A stretch of DNA of 64,000 bases from Salinispira sp. (GTDB taxonomy: Bacteria; Spirochaetota; Spirochaetia; DSM-27196; Salinispiraceae): NCBI GenBank assembly GCA_965602015.1, contig OZ271918.1:480001-544000 (forward strand), read 5' to 3'. The translations under genes were made by a program, and so were the position numbers. The notes under the pieces were generated by a model. That model made no database searches. It saw only the letters and a program-made list of their open reading frames with translations, and was not told the origin of the DNA. Of this stretch, positions 1 through 8,905 are shown in pieces. Position 1 is the first letter of the stretch. Every line of letters begins with the position of its first letter.

Positions 1-593
1 AACACATTTTCCGCAGGCTTGAGATTGGCGATGCTCTGGTAGTAATCACTTTTGGTTCTGATTTCCAGCGCCATGTCGGTCTTTCCGGCGGCGTAATCTA
101 TCCACTCGGCGCAGTAGGGGTAGAGGGGCTCGAAAGCGAGAATTTCGCTGAGATATGAAATGCTCAGGTACAGTGGGTGATGCTCAAGGGCCTTATCGGC
201 CGCGTCGATAAAATCGGCGTTGTTGAGAAACATAACGCTGTGGGCCGAATCATGCATTCCCTGCAAGAAGCAGTAATCGCAGTTGTAGACGCAATTGCGC
301 ACCAGGGCATTGTAATGCAGCTGTTCATTGTTCCAAGAATCAATCCGTTCGCTGCCCTTGTGCAGGTAGCGGCTCCGTTCCTTGGCGAGAATCAGTGCCG
401 GCTGGCGCTTTTGAACGGTGAAATCCTGCCGGGGACGAGTAAAAATATCTTTATAATGAGCAACGGGAATGACGGTTGGTTGACCTGCGGCGCTCCGTAT
501 CTTCCCAATAATTTCGCCTACCGCCGGGAGGTCACGGATTTCTTCTTCGACGAAAACCCTTGTGAAATGATGCACAAGCTGAAGACTATTCAA
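1..593 (-). CDS. Spore photoproduct lyase (SplB)-family radical SAM protein, 3' end outside window
   Basis: Not in ORF track; my translation from TTG at 593 (GGAGG 6 nt upstream) gives MNSLQLVHHFTRVFVEEE...NCVYNCDYCFLQGM...LEIRTKS, i.e. a CxxxCxxC motif (270-293) plus SPL-type LQG and RTK motifs. Overlaps the upstream stop by 8 nt. Confidence 0.8.
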   Translation of the reverse strand, partial: MNSLQLVHHFTRVFVEEEIRDLPAVGEIIGKIRSAAGQPTVIPVAHYKDIFTRPRQDFTVQKRQPALILAKERSRYLHKGSERIDSWNNEQLHYNALVRNCVYNCDYCFLQGMHDSAHSVMFLNNADFIDAADKALEHHPLYLSISYLSEILAFEPLYPYCAEWIDYAAGKTDMALEIRTKSDYYQSIANLKPAENV

Positions 594-1389
594 GGCCAGC
601 CTCCAGGGCCGCAATCAGTTCATTGTCCGTGATTTCCCGCCGCGCGAAGTGAATGCGCCGGATTTCTTTTTCGAGCCGGTTGCGGCGGTTGCCCGCTTTC
701 TTATCGGGTAAAAGTCGGTCCGCCAGGAGGGCAGAGCGGATATCAGCCTCCCGGTTAGCCGATTCGAGTTGGAACAGCTCGCAGCAGTAGCTAATAAGAC
801 CATCCAGCGACTGATGAAAAAGCCGCGGCCAATCCTCGCCAGGTGAACTGTTGCGGAAATGCAGTTCAGCGCTTACGAGCTGATGGGGAGATAACAGACC
901 GCCCAACGATTCCATGATGAAGGAGATTCTGTTTTCCTCATGCAGCTCACAAGTGGTTTCGGGAAAGCCATGATCGAGGACGATGTCGGGATACTCACAT
1001 CGCCCATTAATGAAGATTCGGTTGTGGATGAGAACCGGGCTTTTATTGGATTGCCCGTGCCCCGGGGCCTGTGCCTGCCGGGAAGATTGTGCTTCCCCGG
1101 CAGATTCTGCCCCCCTGGCAGACCGTTCTCGCCCGGAAATAGGGTCTTCCTTGTCCTGTAGAAACAAGACGGGACATCCCCGCCACTGCGCGGTAAATCC
1201 CCCGCTGCGCTCATACAGGAGCCCGGCCAAAAACCCTGCCTGAACAGCCGGCGCAGATTCCAGTCCGTATTCGAAGAGCAGCACATCATCCCGTCCGGAT
1301 TCCCGTATGCCCGAGGGATGGACCTGCCGTTCTTTGAGGGAAAACAGCTTGCGCCAGGGCGGACCCTGAGCGGCGATAATGGCGATCAC
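586..1389 (-). CDS. Hypothetical protein, possibly a degenerate nucleoside phosphorylase/MTA-SAH nucleosidase-like fold
   Basis: GTG start overlaps the mtaB stop (GTGA). Hydrophobic first strand, 'YPDI..H.F.E' and 'IMES..LSPHQL' segments recall PNP-like proteins found upstream of SPL-like genes; weak recognition. Confidence 0.45.
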   Translation of the reverse strand: MIAIIAAQGPPWRKLFSLKERQVHPSGIRESGRDDVLLFEYGLESAPAVQAGFLAGLLYERSGGFTAQWRGCPVLFLQDKEDPISGRERSARGAESAGEAQSSRQAQAPGHGQSNKSPVLIHNRIFINGRCEYPDIVLDHGFPETTCELHEENRISFIMESLGGLLSPHQLVSAELHFRNSSPGEDWPRLFHQSLDGLISYCCELFQLESANREADIRSALLADRLLPDKKAGNRRNRLEKEIRRIHFARREITDNELIAALEAGLE

Positions 1390-2852
1390 GGCAGGATTTC
1401 GCCCCGGAGATCCGGATCATCTCCCTCATCTAATGATAGTGCCAGTACATCGATGTATTGATTAAGAAATTCCCGGGGCTCCCGGTGGGGCGGCAGGGGA
1501 AAACTCAGCGGAATATAATGCTCGCCGAGCCCCCGGGCTGTCGGGACGCCGTGTTCATCTTCCACCCGTTCGACCAGAACCTTTTGAGTCCGTCCCAGCA
1601 TGGACATCCGGTACTTCCGCTTCTGTTTCACGGCCAGGAGCCTCAGGCGCTCGGAACGCTCGCTTTTGACGCGCTCGGGCACCTGGCCGTCCATTCGCTC
1701 CGCCCTGGTTCCCTGACGCACCGAGTATTTAAAGGCGTGAACATGTCCAAAGCCGATGTCCTCAATTGCCGACAGGCTTTCGGAAAACTCGTCTTCGCTT
1801 TCCCCGGGGAACCCCACGATTATGTCCGTGGTAATGTTGAATTCCGGCAATTGCTCCCGGATTTTTCCGACGATATCCCGATACTGGACATAGCTGTACT
1901 GCCGCCGCATCCGCAGGAGGATTTTCTCCGAGCCGCTTTGAAGGCAGAGGTGCAGATGGGGGGTCATTCGGGGGTGTTTCATTAATTCTATGAAGCGTTC
2001 ATCCAGCTGATCGGGCTCGATGCTGGAAATTCTCAGCCGGTAGTCTCCGTCAAGATTCAAAAGCCGTTCAACAATTTGGGAAAACCGGGTATCGTCGTGC
2101 TCATAGCGGCTCATGTTTACCCCGGTAAGAACCAGCTCCTTATACCCGTCGGCCAACATGCGGCTGGCGGATTGTACAATGTCCTCGGGCTCACGGCTCA
2201 CTGCGGTTCCCCGTACAAATGGAATTATGCAAAACGAGCAAAAGTTATCGCAGCCGTCTTGAATTTTGACCATGCCCCGGGTGCGGAAGACCTGCTGGGA
2301 CGCATCGTAGGAAAACCGGTCGCCCTTGAGGGAATCCGGGTGTATGAGCTCGCCGTTCAGGTGGGCGTCAACCAGCTCGAAGATGCTGTTTTTGCGCTCA
2401 TTATCGACAACAAAGCTGCGCCCGTCGGCTTCCAGTTCCTCTTTGTGGCTGTCAACAAAACAGCCGGTAACCACCACCATGGATTCACCTGAACGGGTGT
2501 GGGGGAGGGCAGCGGGTTCATTGGCCGACGTCCGCGGCTGTTCCGGTGACAAAATCCGGTCTGCGGAAATATGCGGCGTGCGGTTTTCCCCAGGACTGCC
2601 TATTGATTCGATATTCAACGATTCCAGTTTACCGCTGAGCCGGATCGCCCGGTTAATGGTGTTGCGGGTTTTGCGATCCGCCTTGTTGGTAACCGTGCAG
2701 CTGTTCACAATGTAGACATCAGACGGTCCGTCGAAGGGCACCACCTGATAGCCCGCATTGATAAATCGGGATGCCAGGGCGTCGGTTTCATACTGATTTA
2801 ATTTACAGCCAAGGGTTGAAAAGGCGACGGTCCTCAACGCGCTGTTAGCCAC
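1386..2852 (-). CDS. mtaB: tRNA t6A37 methylthiotransferase MtaB
   Basis: TLGCKLNQYET, VNSCTVT, VTGC (MTTase N-domain), KIQDGCDNFCSFC, LRISSIEP, C-terminal TRAM-like region. GTG at 2852, overlapping the miaB stop, preferred over the ORF-track start at 2900. Confidence 0.88.
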   Translation of the reverse strand: MANSALRTVAFSTLGCKLNQYETDALASRFINAGYQVVPFDGPSDVYIVNSCTVTNKADRKTRNTINRAIRLSGKLESLNIESIGSPGENRTPHISADRILSPEQPRTSANEPAALPHTRSGESMVVVTGCFVDSHKEELEADGRSFVVDNERKNSIFELVDAHLNGELIHPDSLKGDRFSYDASQQVFRTRGMVKIQDGCDNFCSFCIIPFVRGTAVSREPEDIVQSASRMLADGYKELVLTGVNMSRYEHDDTRFSQIVERLLNLDGDYRLRISSIEPDQLDERFIELMKHPRMTPHLHLCLQSGSEKILLRMRRQYSYVQYRDIVGKIREQLPEFNITTDIIVGFPGESEDEFSESLSAIEDIGFGHVHAFKYSVRQGTRAERMDGQVPERVKSERSERLRLLAVKQKRKYRMSMLGRTQKVLVERVEDEHGVPTARGLGEHYIPLSFPLPPHREPREFLNQYIDVLALSLDEGDDPDLRGEILP

Positions 2853-4551
2853 TGACGGCCTCCGGAGTGCTGACCGCTGCGTTTGCCGGGCGGCCTTCAA
2901 GACTGAGTTGACTGGCGCTTGTAATTTCCAGTTCGATGAAGCTGCCGATCAGGCTGTCATCATCAGACAGGAAACGAACCGGAAGCTTTCCCTCGCTTCG
3001 TCCGCTGAGGTATCGGCCGCTGCGGTCACGGCCCTCCACGAGGACCCGGAGGCTTTTACCAACCAGCGAGAGGTTGTATTCATATGAACTCTTTTGCAGT
3101 TCTTCGCTCAGAATATGCAGCCGCCGTTTTTTCTCTTCCTGGGGAACATCGTCATCCCAGCGGCTGCTGGCGGCGCCGGGCCGGGGCGAATACATGGCGA
3201 CATAGGCCATATTGTACCGAAACTCCCGCATGGCCTCCAGGGTGCGGGTGAACTGCTCCTCGGTTTCGCCGGTGAATCCCACAATGATGTCTGTGAAAAG
3301 GGTGGCATCGGGGATGAGTTCCCTAATGTTCTCGACTATTTCCCGGTAGCGCTGCACGCTGTGATTGCGGTTCATTTTTATCAGCAGCTTGTCATCACCG
3401 GATTGCAGCGGCAGATGGATTTGCTTTGCCAGGCAGCGGTACTGGGCAATTACTTCGATGAGTTCCCGGGTCATGTCCCGGGGATGGGGACTGGTAAAGT
3501 ACACCAGGAAATCGTCTTCTTTTTTCAGACGCCGGCTGAGGTCGCCGATTTGCCTCATCAGTTCGGGGAAGCTAATCTCATCTGACCCCCGGTCCAAACC
3601 ATAAGAGTTTACGTTCTGACCAAGAAGAGTGATGCTCCGGTAACCCCGATCGATCAGGCTTTCTATCTCCGCCAGTATCTCGCTGCTTGGCCGGGATATT
3701 TCCCTCCCGCGGGTGTAGGGAACGGCGCAAAAAGTGCAGAATTTATCACATCCGTTTTGAATCGGGATAAACGCCTCAAACTTCGAGCGGTAATGAGGCT
3801 TGATGTGCCAGAATCCGCCCATGGGATCCTCGCCCTCTGCGCTTTCCTCGGTCACCTGCTTTCGTATGCGTGGAGCGCCGCCCTGTTTCTTGATTTCATC
3901 CTGCATGGCCCGGACTGCCGCCAAGGTATTGGAACGCTGCTGTTCAGAGGGTCCTTTTGCCAGAGGGTTGCCTGCGCCGTCTATTTTGGGCTGCTTTACT
4001 CCGCTTTCCGATGCTATGCGCTCTTCTTCAAGCAGGCGGAGCACCGGGCTTGTTTTGGGGTCCTTGAGCCACATGGGTCCGACGGGGCGGCGCGGCTTGG
4101 ACGGGTCCCCATCTGTCGAAGAACTATCAGGTCCGGGTTGCTGTTCTGCCGCAGGATGGACCGGCTCATTCTGCCCACCGGCACTAAAGCTTCCCCCGGA
4201 AAACGGGGTGGTCACCCCGTACTGGGCAATCATATCCGGAAGCTGGGGCAGTTCATTGATGCTAAAAAGCAGATCGAAACGATCCAGGAACTTCTCCCGG
4301 TCAGAGGGGAGTATGCAGCCCGAAACGAAGGTTAGCAGGCTTCGCCGGTTCTTCCATTTGTTCCACTGATGTATTTTGGAATACACCTTGTCAATGGCTT
4401 TCTGGCGCACCGAGCAGGCAACGATTCCTAACAGTTCGGCGTCCTCTTCCCGCGGAGTTTCCACGTACCCCATGGCCTCCAGCACCGACTGGATTCGTTC
4501 GCTATCTGACTGGTTCATCTGGCAACCCAGATGCACTAAATGATATTTCAT
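2845..4551 (-). CDS. miaB: tRNA i6A37 methylthiotransferase MiaB with long linker insertion
   Basis: LGCQMNQSDSE, ACSVRQKA, IQNGCDKFCTFCAVPYTRGREISR, LLGQNVNSYG, FTSPHP, YSPRPG, TRAM domain. Confidence 0.9.
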   Translation of the reverse strand: MKYHLVHLGCQMNQSDSERIQSVLEAMGYVETPREEDAELLGIVACSVRQKAIDKVYSKIHQWNKWKNRRSLLTFVSGCILPSDREKFLDRFDLLFSINELPQLPDMIAQYGVTTPFSGGSFSAGGQNEPVHPAAEQQPGPDSSSTDGDPSKPRRPVGPMWLKDPKTSPVLRLLEEERIASESGVKQPKIDGAGNPLAKGPSEQQRSNTLAAVRAMQDEIKKQGGAPRIRKQVTEESAEGEDPMGGFWHIKPHYRSKFEAFIPIQNGCDKFCTFCAVPYTRGREISRPSSEILAEIESLIDRGYRSITLLGQNVNSYGLDRGSDEISFPELMRQIGDLSRRLKKEDDFLVYFTSPHPRDMTRELIEVIAQYRCLAKQIHLPLQSGDDKLLIKMNRNHSVQRYREIVENIRELIPDATLFTDIIVGFTGETEEQFTRTLEAMREFRYNMAYVAMYSPRPGAASSRWDDDVPQEEKKRRLHILSEELQKSSYEYNLSLVGKSLRVLVEGRDRSGRYLSGRSEGKLPVRFLSDDDSLIGSFIELEITSASQLSLEGRPANAAVSTPEAVSG

Positions 4552-4581
4552 CGCAATTCCTCGCAGTAGTTCGGAGAGATA

Positions 4582-5247
4582 CTAAAAATACACTTCGGCG
4601 AACATCCGGTCCCGGGGAATGCCCTGATCCGACAGAATATCGTAGGCCTCATAAATCATGTCGCAGTTACCACAGAGAAAAACTGCGGCATCGCTTTCCA
4701 CCGGATGAGCCCGCAAAAAGTCGGTTACCCGCCCCCGGTAATCACCGCCATCCTCCCGGGACACGCATCGGAGAATCCGGTCACGGCTGTAATGATCGAG
4801 CTCGAAACTGTCAGCGGCGAACCGCACGCCGTGCAGCAGCGTATAGTCGAGTTCGCGATAGGAGTTGGCGAAACTGTGAAAGGGGCTGATTCCCGTACCC
4901 GTTCCCACGAAGTACACCTTGCCTGAGCGTATCTTCTCATCCATCAAAAAAAAGCCAAAGGGGCCTTCTACATAGAGCTCGTCTCCGGCTTTGACCTGTT
5001 TAAGTCTCCGGGAGACATAACCGGTTTCTACTTCCTTAACCAAAATCTCCAGGTAATCCGCATCTGCCGGGGAGTAAATGGAGTACTCCCTCATATTTAT
5101 GTCGCCCTTGGGCCCCACGCTGAGATACTGACCCGGATGAAACGACAGATTTTGCCGTTCAAAACGGAGGACAAAGGTTGACTCTGTGAGCTGCCGGTTT
5201 TCCAGGACCCGATGATGCACCCGGGTTCTGGCTGCGGAGTTTGACAT
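4582..5247 (-). CDS. Ferredoxin/flavodoxin-NADP+ reductase-like FAD-binding oxidoreductase
   Basis: PGQY, REYSIYS, EGPFG, GTGTGISPF, LCGNCDM, terminal EVYF. ATG at 5247 has a GAGG SD. Confidence 0.85.
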   Translation of the reverse strand: MSNSAARTRVHHRVLENRQLTESTFVLRFERQNLSFHPGQYLSVGPKGDINMREYSIYSPADADYLEILVKEVETGYVSRRLKQVKAGDELYVEGPFGFFLMDEKIRSGKVYFVGTGTGISPFHSFANSYRELDYTLLHGVRFAADSFELDHYSRDRILRCVSREDGGDYRGRVTDFLRAHPVESDAAVFLCGNCDMIYEAYDILSDQGIPRDRMFAEVYF

Positions 5248-5373
5248 TTTTACCTCTTTACTACAATCGCTTCCCTGCTGGGCAAGGGCAAGATAATTCA
5301 TTAGGGAGCAAGAGTATAGATTATCGAAGTAAAAGTATCAAGAATTCCCTGATGGCGGCAGATCGCAACAAGC

Positions 5374-5402
5374 TTGACAGGAGAACAGGGTGCTCTTATT
5401 CT
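5374..5402 (+). promoter_or_regulatory. Sigma70-type promoter of the LacI gene
   Basis: TTGACA (5374-5379), 17 bp, TATTCT (5397-5402). Confidence 0.65.
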
Positions 5403-5403
5403 G

Positions 5404-5417
5404 TTAGAAGTCTCTAA
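5404..5417. promoter_or_regulatory. Candidate LacI-family operator (autoregulation)
   Basis: Imperfect palindrome TTAGA-AGTC-TCTAA just downstream of the -10 box. Confidence 0.4.
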
Positions 5418-5443
5418 AAGAATAAATTTGCCGGGGAAAAACG

Positions 5444-6466
5444 ATGCCAAAAAAAGTAACGATTCACGACGTAGCCCGTCATGCGGGAGTTTCGCACACC
5501 ACCGTAAGCTGGGCACTTCACGACGATCCGAGAATTACCGATGACACTAAACAGAAGGTGTTGGAAAGCGTCGAAGCCCTGGATTATTTTCCCGCCTTTC
5601 TCGGACGTTCGCTGGTCAACGGCCGCTCCAAAACCATCGCCGTGGTAGCCGCCAGTTTTTCTTCAAGCTTTGAAATGGAACTGATGCGGGGCATCGAGGA
5701 AGCGATGGACGCCCGGGGCAGCGAGTACAGCATCCAGCTGTACTCGACGCGACGAGACAAAAACAGCAAATTAAAAACCTATCAAAAAATATTACAGGGC
5801 CGAAGGGCCGATGCGGTGATTTCCGTCAATCTGAAACCCGGGCACACCTTTGTCGAGGAATTCAAGGACAGCGGAGTGTCTTTGGTACTTGTGGAAGATG
5901 AGTTCGAGGGAGTGAGCACCGTGTACTGCGATTCCAGGAAGGGTACCGAGCTGGCGGTGAACCATCTGCTTGACAGGGGCTGCAAAAGCCCGGGAATATT
6001 AGTGGGCATACACGATGATCCCGACGGCGGTCTGTCGCCCCAAACCCGCTACCAAACCTACCTGGATGTGCTCAACGGCCGGGGAATTACGGTCCAAGAT
6101 GCCTGGGTACAGGAAATTCCCGAGTATCACCCTGAAGACGGTATGAATGCCCTGGGTGCATTTCTGGAAGCCGGATGCGACGGTATCTTTTGCGCCGCCG
6201 GTGATCTTGTTGCCCTGGGTCTGATAAAGGCTGCCCAGTCGCGGGGAATCGACATTCCCGGTAAGCTGAAGGTCGTGGGCTATGACGATGTTGTCTTTTC
6301 ATCTCTCATCAGCCCTGCCTTGACCACTGTGCGCCAGCCTTTGGCGGAAATCGGCAAAACCGCGTACGACCTCGCCCAAAAAGGCATCGAGGCCGAGGAA
6401 TCCCGTACCTGGCATGCCCAAACCGTGGTGCTTCAGCCCGAACTGGTAGTCCGGGAGACGAGCTGA
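5444..6466 (+). CDS. LacI-family transcriptional regulator
   Basis: VTIHDVARHAGVSHTTVS HTH; VVGYDD...PALTTVRQP; C-terminal LVVRETS. Confidence 0.95.
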   Translation: MPKKVTIHDVARHAGVSHTTVSWALHDDPRITDDTKQKVLESVEALDYFPAFLGRSLVNGRSKTIAVVAASFSSSFEMELMRGIEEAMDARGSEYSIQLYSTRRDKNSKLKTYQKILQGRRADAVISVNLKPGHTFVEEFKDSGVSLVLVEDEFEGVSTVYCDSRKGTELAVNHLLDRGCKSPGILVGIHDDPDGGLSPQTRYQTYLDVLNGRGITVQDAWVQEIPEYHPEDGMNALGAFLEAGCDGIFCAAGDLVALGLIKAAQSRGIDIPGKLKVVGYDDVVFSSLISPALTTVRQPLAEIGKTAYDLAQKGIEAEESRTWHAQTVVLQPELVVRETS

Positions 6467-6544
6467 CTACCGCTGCCGGATAGCCGGCGCTGGCCTCGAC
6501 GGACGTAATGTAGTACCTTTGCAGGACCACAACAGCTAGCGGGA

Positions 6545-7516
6545 GTGCCTACTATGAGCAGTGATTTGCGTATTTCCGAATCGGAACTTACGAAGAACAT
6601 AAATAATAAGGAAACAAGACCGGCTAACGGAGTTTCGAGGAAACCCGAATGGCTCAGGATTCAGCTAAACACCAGCGATAAATTCCGCGACCTCAAAAAA
6701 ATGGTGAAAGAGGAGCGGCTTCACACCGTATGCGAGGAAGCCCGCTGTCCGAATATCCATGAGTGTTGGGGGACCCATAAAACCGCCACCTTCATGATAC
6801 TCGGAGATACCTGCACCCGCCGCTGTCGGTTCTGCGCCGTAAAAACCGGACTGCCGGGTGCCGTGGACTGGGGAGAACCTGCGCGGGTCGCGGATTCGGT
6901 GGCCAAGCTGCGGCTCAGCCATGTGGTTATCACCATGGTAACCCGGGACGATCTCAAGGACGGCGGTGCGGCGGTGGTCGCCAAGACGGTGGAGGAAATT
7001 CGAAAAGCCGCGCCGGAATGCAGCATCGAGCTGCTCACCAGCGATTTGATGGCGGACCCCCAATCAATCAAGACGGTTCTCGACAGCCGGCCGGACATAA
7101 TGAGTCATAATCTGGAAACCGTCGAACGGCTTACGCCGGTAGTCCGGTCCCGTTCATACTACGAGCGAAGCTTGAAAATGCTGGCCATGAGCAAGGAAAT
7201 CGCTCCGGATATCGTCACCAAATCGAGCATTATGCTCGGGCTCGGGGAAACGACGGAAGAGATACATGCGGCCATGGACGATTTGCTGGCTCACGGGGTT
7301 TCGATGATGAACATGGGACAGTACCTTCAGCCCAGCCGGAATCACCAGATGGTGCAGAAGTTCTGGACACCGGAAGAATTTGCTGAGCTCAAGGACACTG
7401 CCTTGGAAAAAGGCTTCTCCTTCGTTGAAGCCGGACCCCTGGTGCGTTCCAGCTATCATGCCGGAGAACAGTACGAGGATTACCGACGGAAAATTCACCC
7501 GCTCTACCGGAAATAA
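6545..7516 (+). CDS. lipA: Lipoyl synthase
   Basis: [51 protein letters not shown]. Confidence 0.95.
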   Translation: MPTMSSDLRISESELTKNINNKETRPANGVSRKPEWLRIQLNTSDKFRDLKKMVKEERLHTVCEEARCPNIHECWGTHKTATFMILGDTCTRRCRFCAVKTGLPGAVDWGEPARVADSVAKLRLSHVVITMVTRDDLKDGGAAVVAKTVEEIRKAAPECSIELLTSDLMADPQSIKTVLDSRPDIMSHNLETVERLTPVVRSRSYYERSLKMLAMSKEIAPDIVTKSSIMLGLGETTEEIHAAMDDLLAHGVSMMNMGQYLQPSRNHQMVQKFWTPEEFAELKDTALEKGFSFVEAGPLVRSSYHAGEQYEDYRRKIHPLYRK

Positions 7517-7532
7517 GATCCGGAGGTGTCCC

Positions 7533-8768
7533 ATAGGCAAATATAAGCAGGTTCTATTAATCCTTGCCGCGCTGCTGTGCACAACTTCCTGTGCCACGGC
7601 GGAAGTACCCAGTTCTTCTCCCAATCCGGGAATCCCGATAATACTTGTACACGGATTCGGGGGCTGGGGCAGGGAATCCCTGGGAGGGCTTGATTATTGG
7701 GGTGGCTTCGAAGACCTCGAGGCTATTCTCCGCCAGCGGGGATACAATGTCATGACCGCAGAGGTCGGTCCGTTTTCCAGCGACTGGGACCGGGCCTGCG
7801 AGCTGTACGCAAATATAAAAGGCGGAACGGTGTACTACGGCGCCGCCCACTCGGCGCGCTACGGTCACCGACGGTTCGGAAGAGAGTATTCGGGTTTGTA
7901 TCCCCAGTGGAGTGAGGAGAACCCGGTAGCCATCATCGGACACAGCATGGGAGGCACCACCGCCAGACTTTTGGCACACCTCGTACGCAACGGAAATCAA
8001 GCAGAGCGCGAATATGCGAATCATTCGCCGCTCTTTGCCTCCGGTCCCCAAAGCATAAAAGCGGTGGTTACTATTTCCAGTCCTCATAACGGAACCAGTC
8101 TTATCAGTTCCGACGGAGCCGTCGATTCCCTTATCGATGCAGTGACCGCTACCTTAAACGGCCTGGCAGGATCTCGGCTCCTTCCGGGATACGACCTAAG
8201 ACTCGATCACTGGGGACTCTCCAGGACCGACGATGAGTCGCTCGTCGATTACATAGAAAGGGTCCGCGATTCAGAGTTTTGGCGCGAGGGGAACCCCGAC
8301 TCGGCCATATCCGGCCTGGCAATAGAATCCATGACCCGGTTTAACTCGGAATATCCGGCGGATCCCGAAGTGGCGTACATAAGCTGGGCCACCAGCGCCA
8401 GTTTTTCCGGTCCGGTTACGAACTATCACTATCCCCAGGTATCAATGCAGGCACTCTTTCTGACCCCGTCGCTTTTTCTCGGCCGTTTTGAGCCCCGGAC
8501 CGGGGAAATAGCGCCCGAACAGTGGTGGGAGAACGACGGCGTGGTGAACAGCATTTCCATGCAGGGGCCCATTCTCGGCAGCGACGATTCCATCCGTCCT
8601 CTGAATGGAGCACCGCTAGCCGGAGTCTGGAATTTCGCCGGCACGCTGGAATCAACGGATCACGCAGATGTCATCGGCATACCATTTTGGGGGCCGTTAG
8701 CCGGCGGGGAGTTTGAGACCGCTGCGGATTTCTACGAGCATCTGTGCAGGATGATTATCGACTTTTAA
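7533..8768 (+). CDS. Lipase (alpha/beta hydrolase, Geobacillus/Staphylococcus-like), probable lipoprotein
   Basis: PIILVHGFGGWG, SDWDRACELYA, GHSMGG, SPHNGT, ENDGVVN, DHADVIG; signal peptide ending LLCTTSC. Start placed at an in-frame ATA behind GGAGGT (see findings). Confidence 0.85.
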   Translation: MGKYKQVLLILAALLCTTSCATAEVPSSSPNPGIPIILVHGFGGWGRESLGGLDYWGGFEDLEAILRQRGYNVMTAEVGPFSSDWDRACELYANIKGGTVYYGAAHSARYGHRRFGREYSGLYPQWSEENPVAIIGHSMGGTTARLLAHLVRNGNQAEREYANHSPLFASGPQSIKAVVTISSPHNGTSLISSDGAVDSLIDAVTATLNGLAGSRLLPGYDLRLDHWGLSRTDDESLVDYIERVRDSEFWREGNPDSAISGLAIESMTRFNSEYPADPEVAYISWATSASFSGPVTNYHYPQVSMQALFLTPSLFLGRFEPRTGEIAPEQWWENDGVVNSISMQGPILGSDDSIRPLNGAPLAGVWNFAGTLESTDHADVIGIPFWGPLAGGEFETAADFYEHLCRMIIDF

Positions 8769-8836
8769 TTGCTGCCCGCTGCTGACGGCCGACCCCTCAG
8801 ACTGACCGTCGCACAGAGCTTGTTCGAAGAGCGTAT

Positions 8837-8905
8837 GCACTATCCGATGGCGAGCATTCGCACTATCCGATGGCGAGCATCCGCACTATCCGATGGCGAG
8901 CATAC
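8837..8905. repeat. Three tandem 23-bp copies of the nadA 3' end
   Basis: GCACTATCCGATGGCGAGCAT at 8837, 8860 and 8883, followed by TC, CC and AC. Confidence 0.95.

Noticed and set aside
177..632. 151-aa plus-strand ORF
   Set aside because: Antisense shadow of the SPL-like gene, which carries the recognisable motifs.
3826..4200. Intein in MiaB
   Set aside because: No splice-junction residues or endonuclease motifs; low-complexity composition.
7380..7532. ORF-track N-terminal extension of the lipase
   Set aside because: Overlaps lipA by 137 nt and would bury the signal peptide.
8837..8905. 23-bp repeats as a CRISPR array
   Set aside because: Copies are directly adjacent with only 2 variable nt and no spacers, duplicate the nadA coding end, and no cas genes are present.
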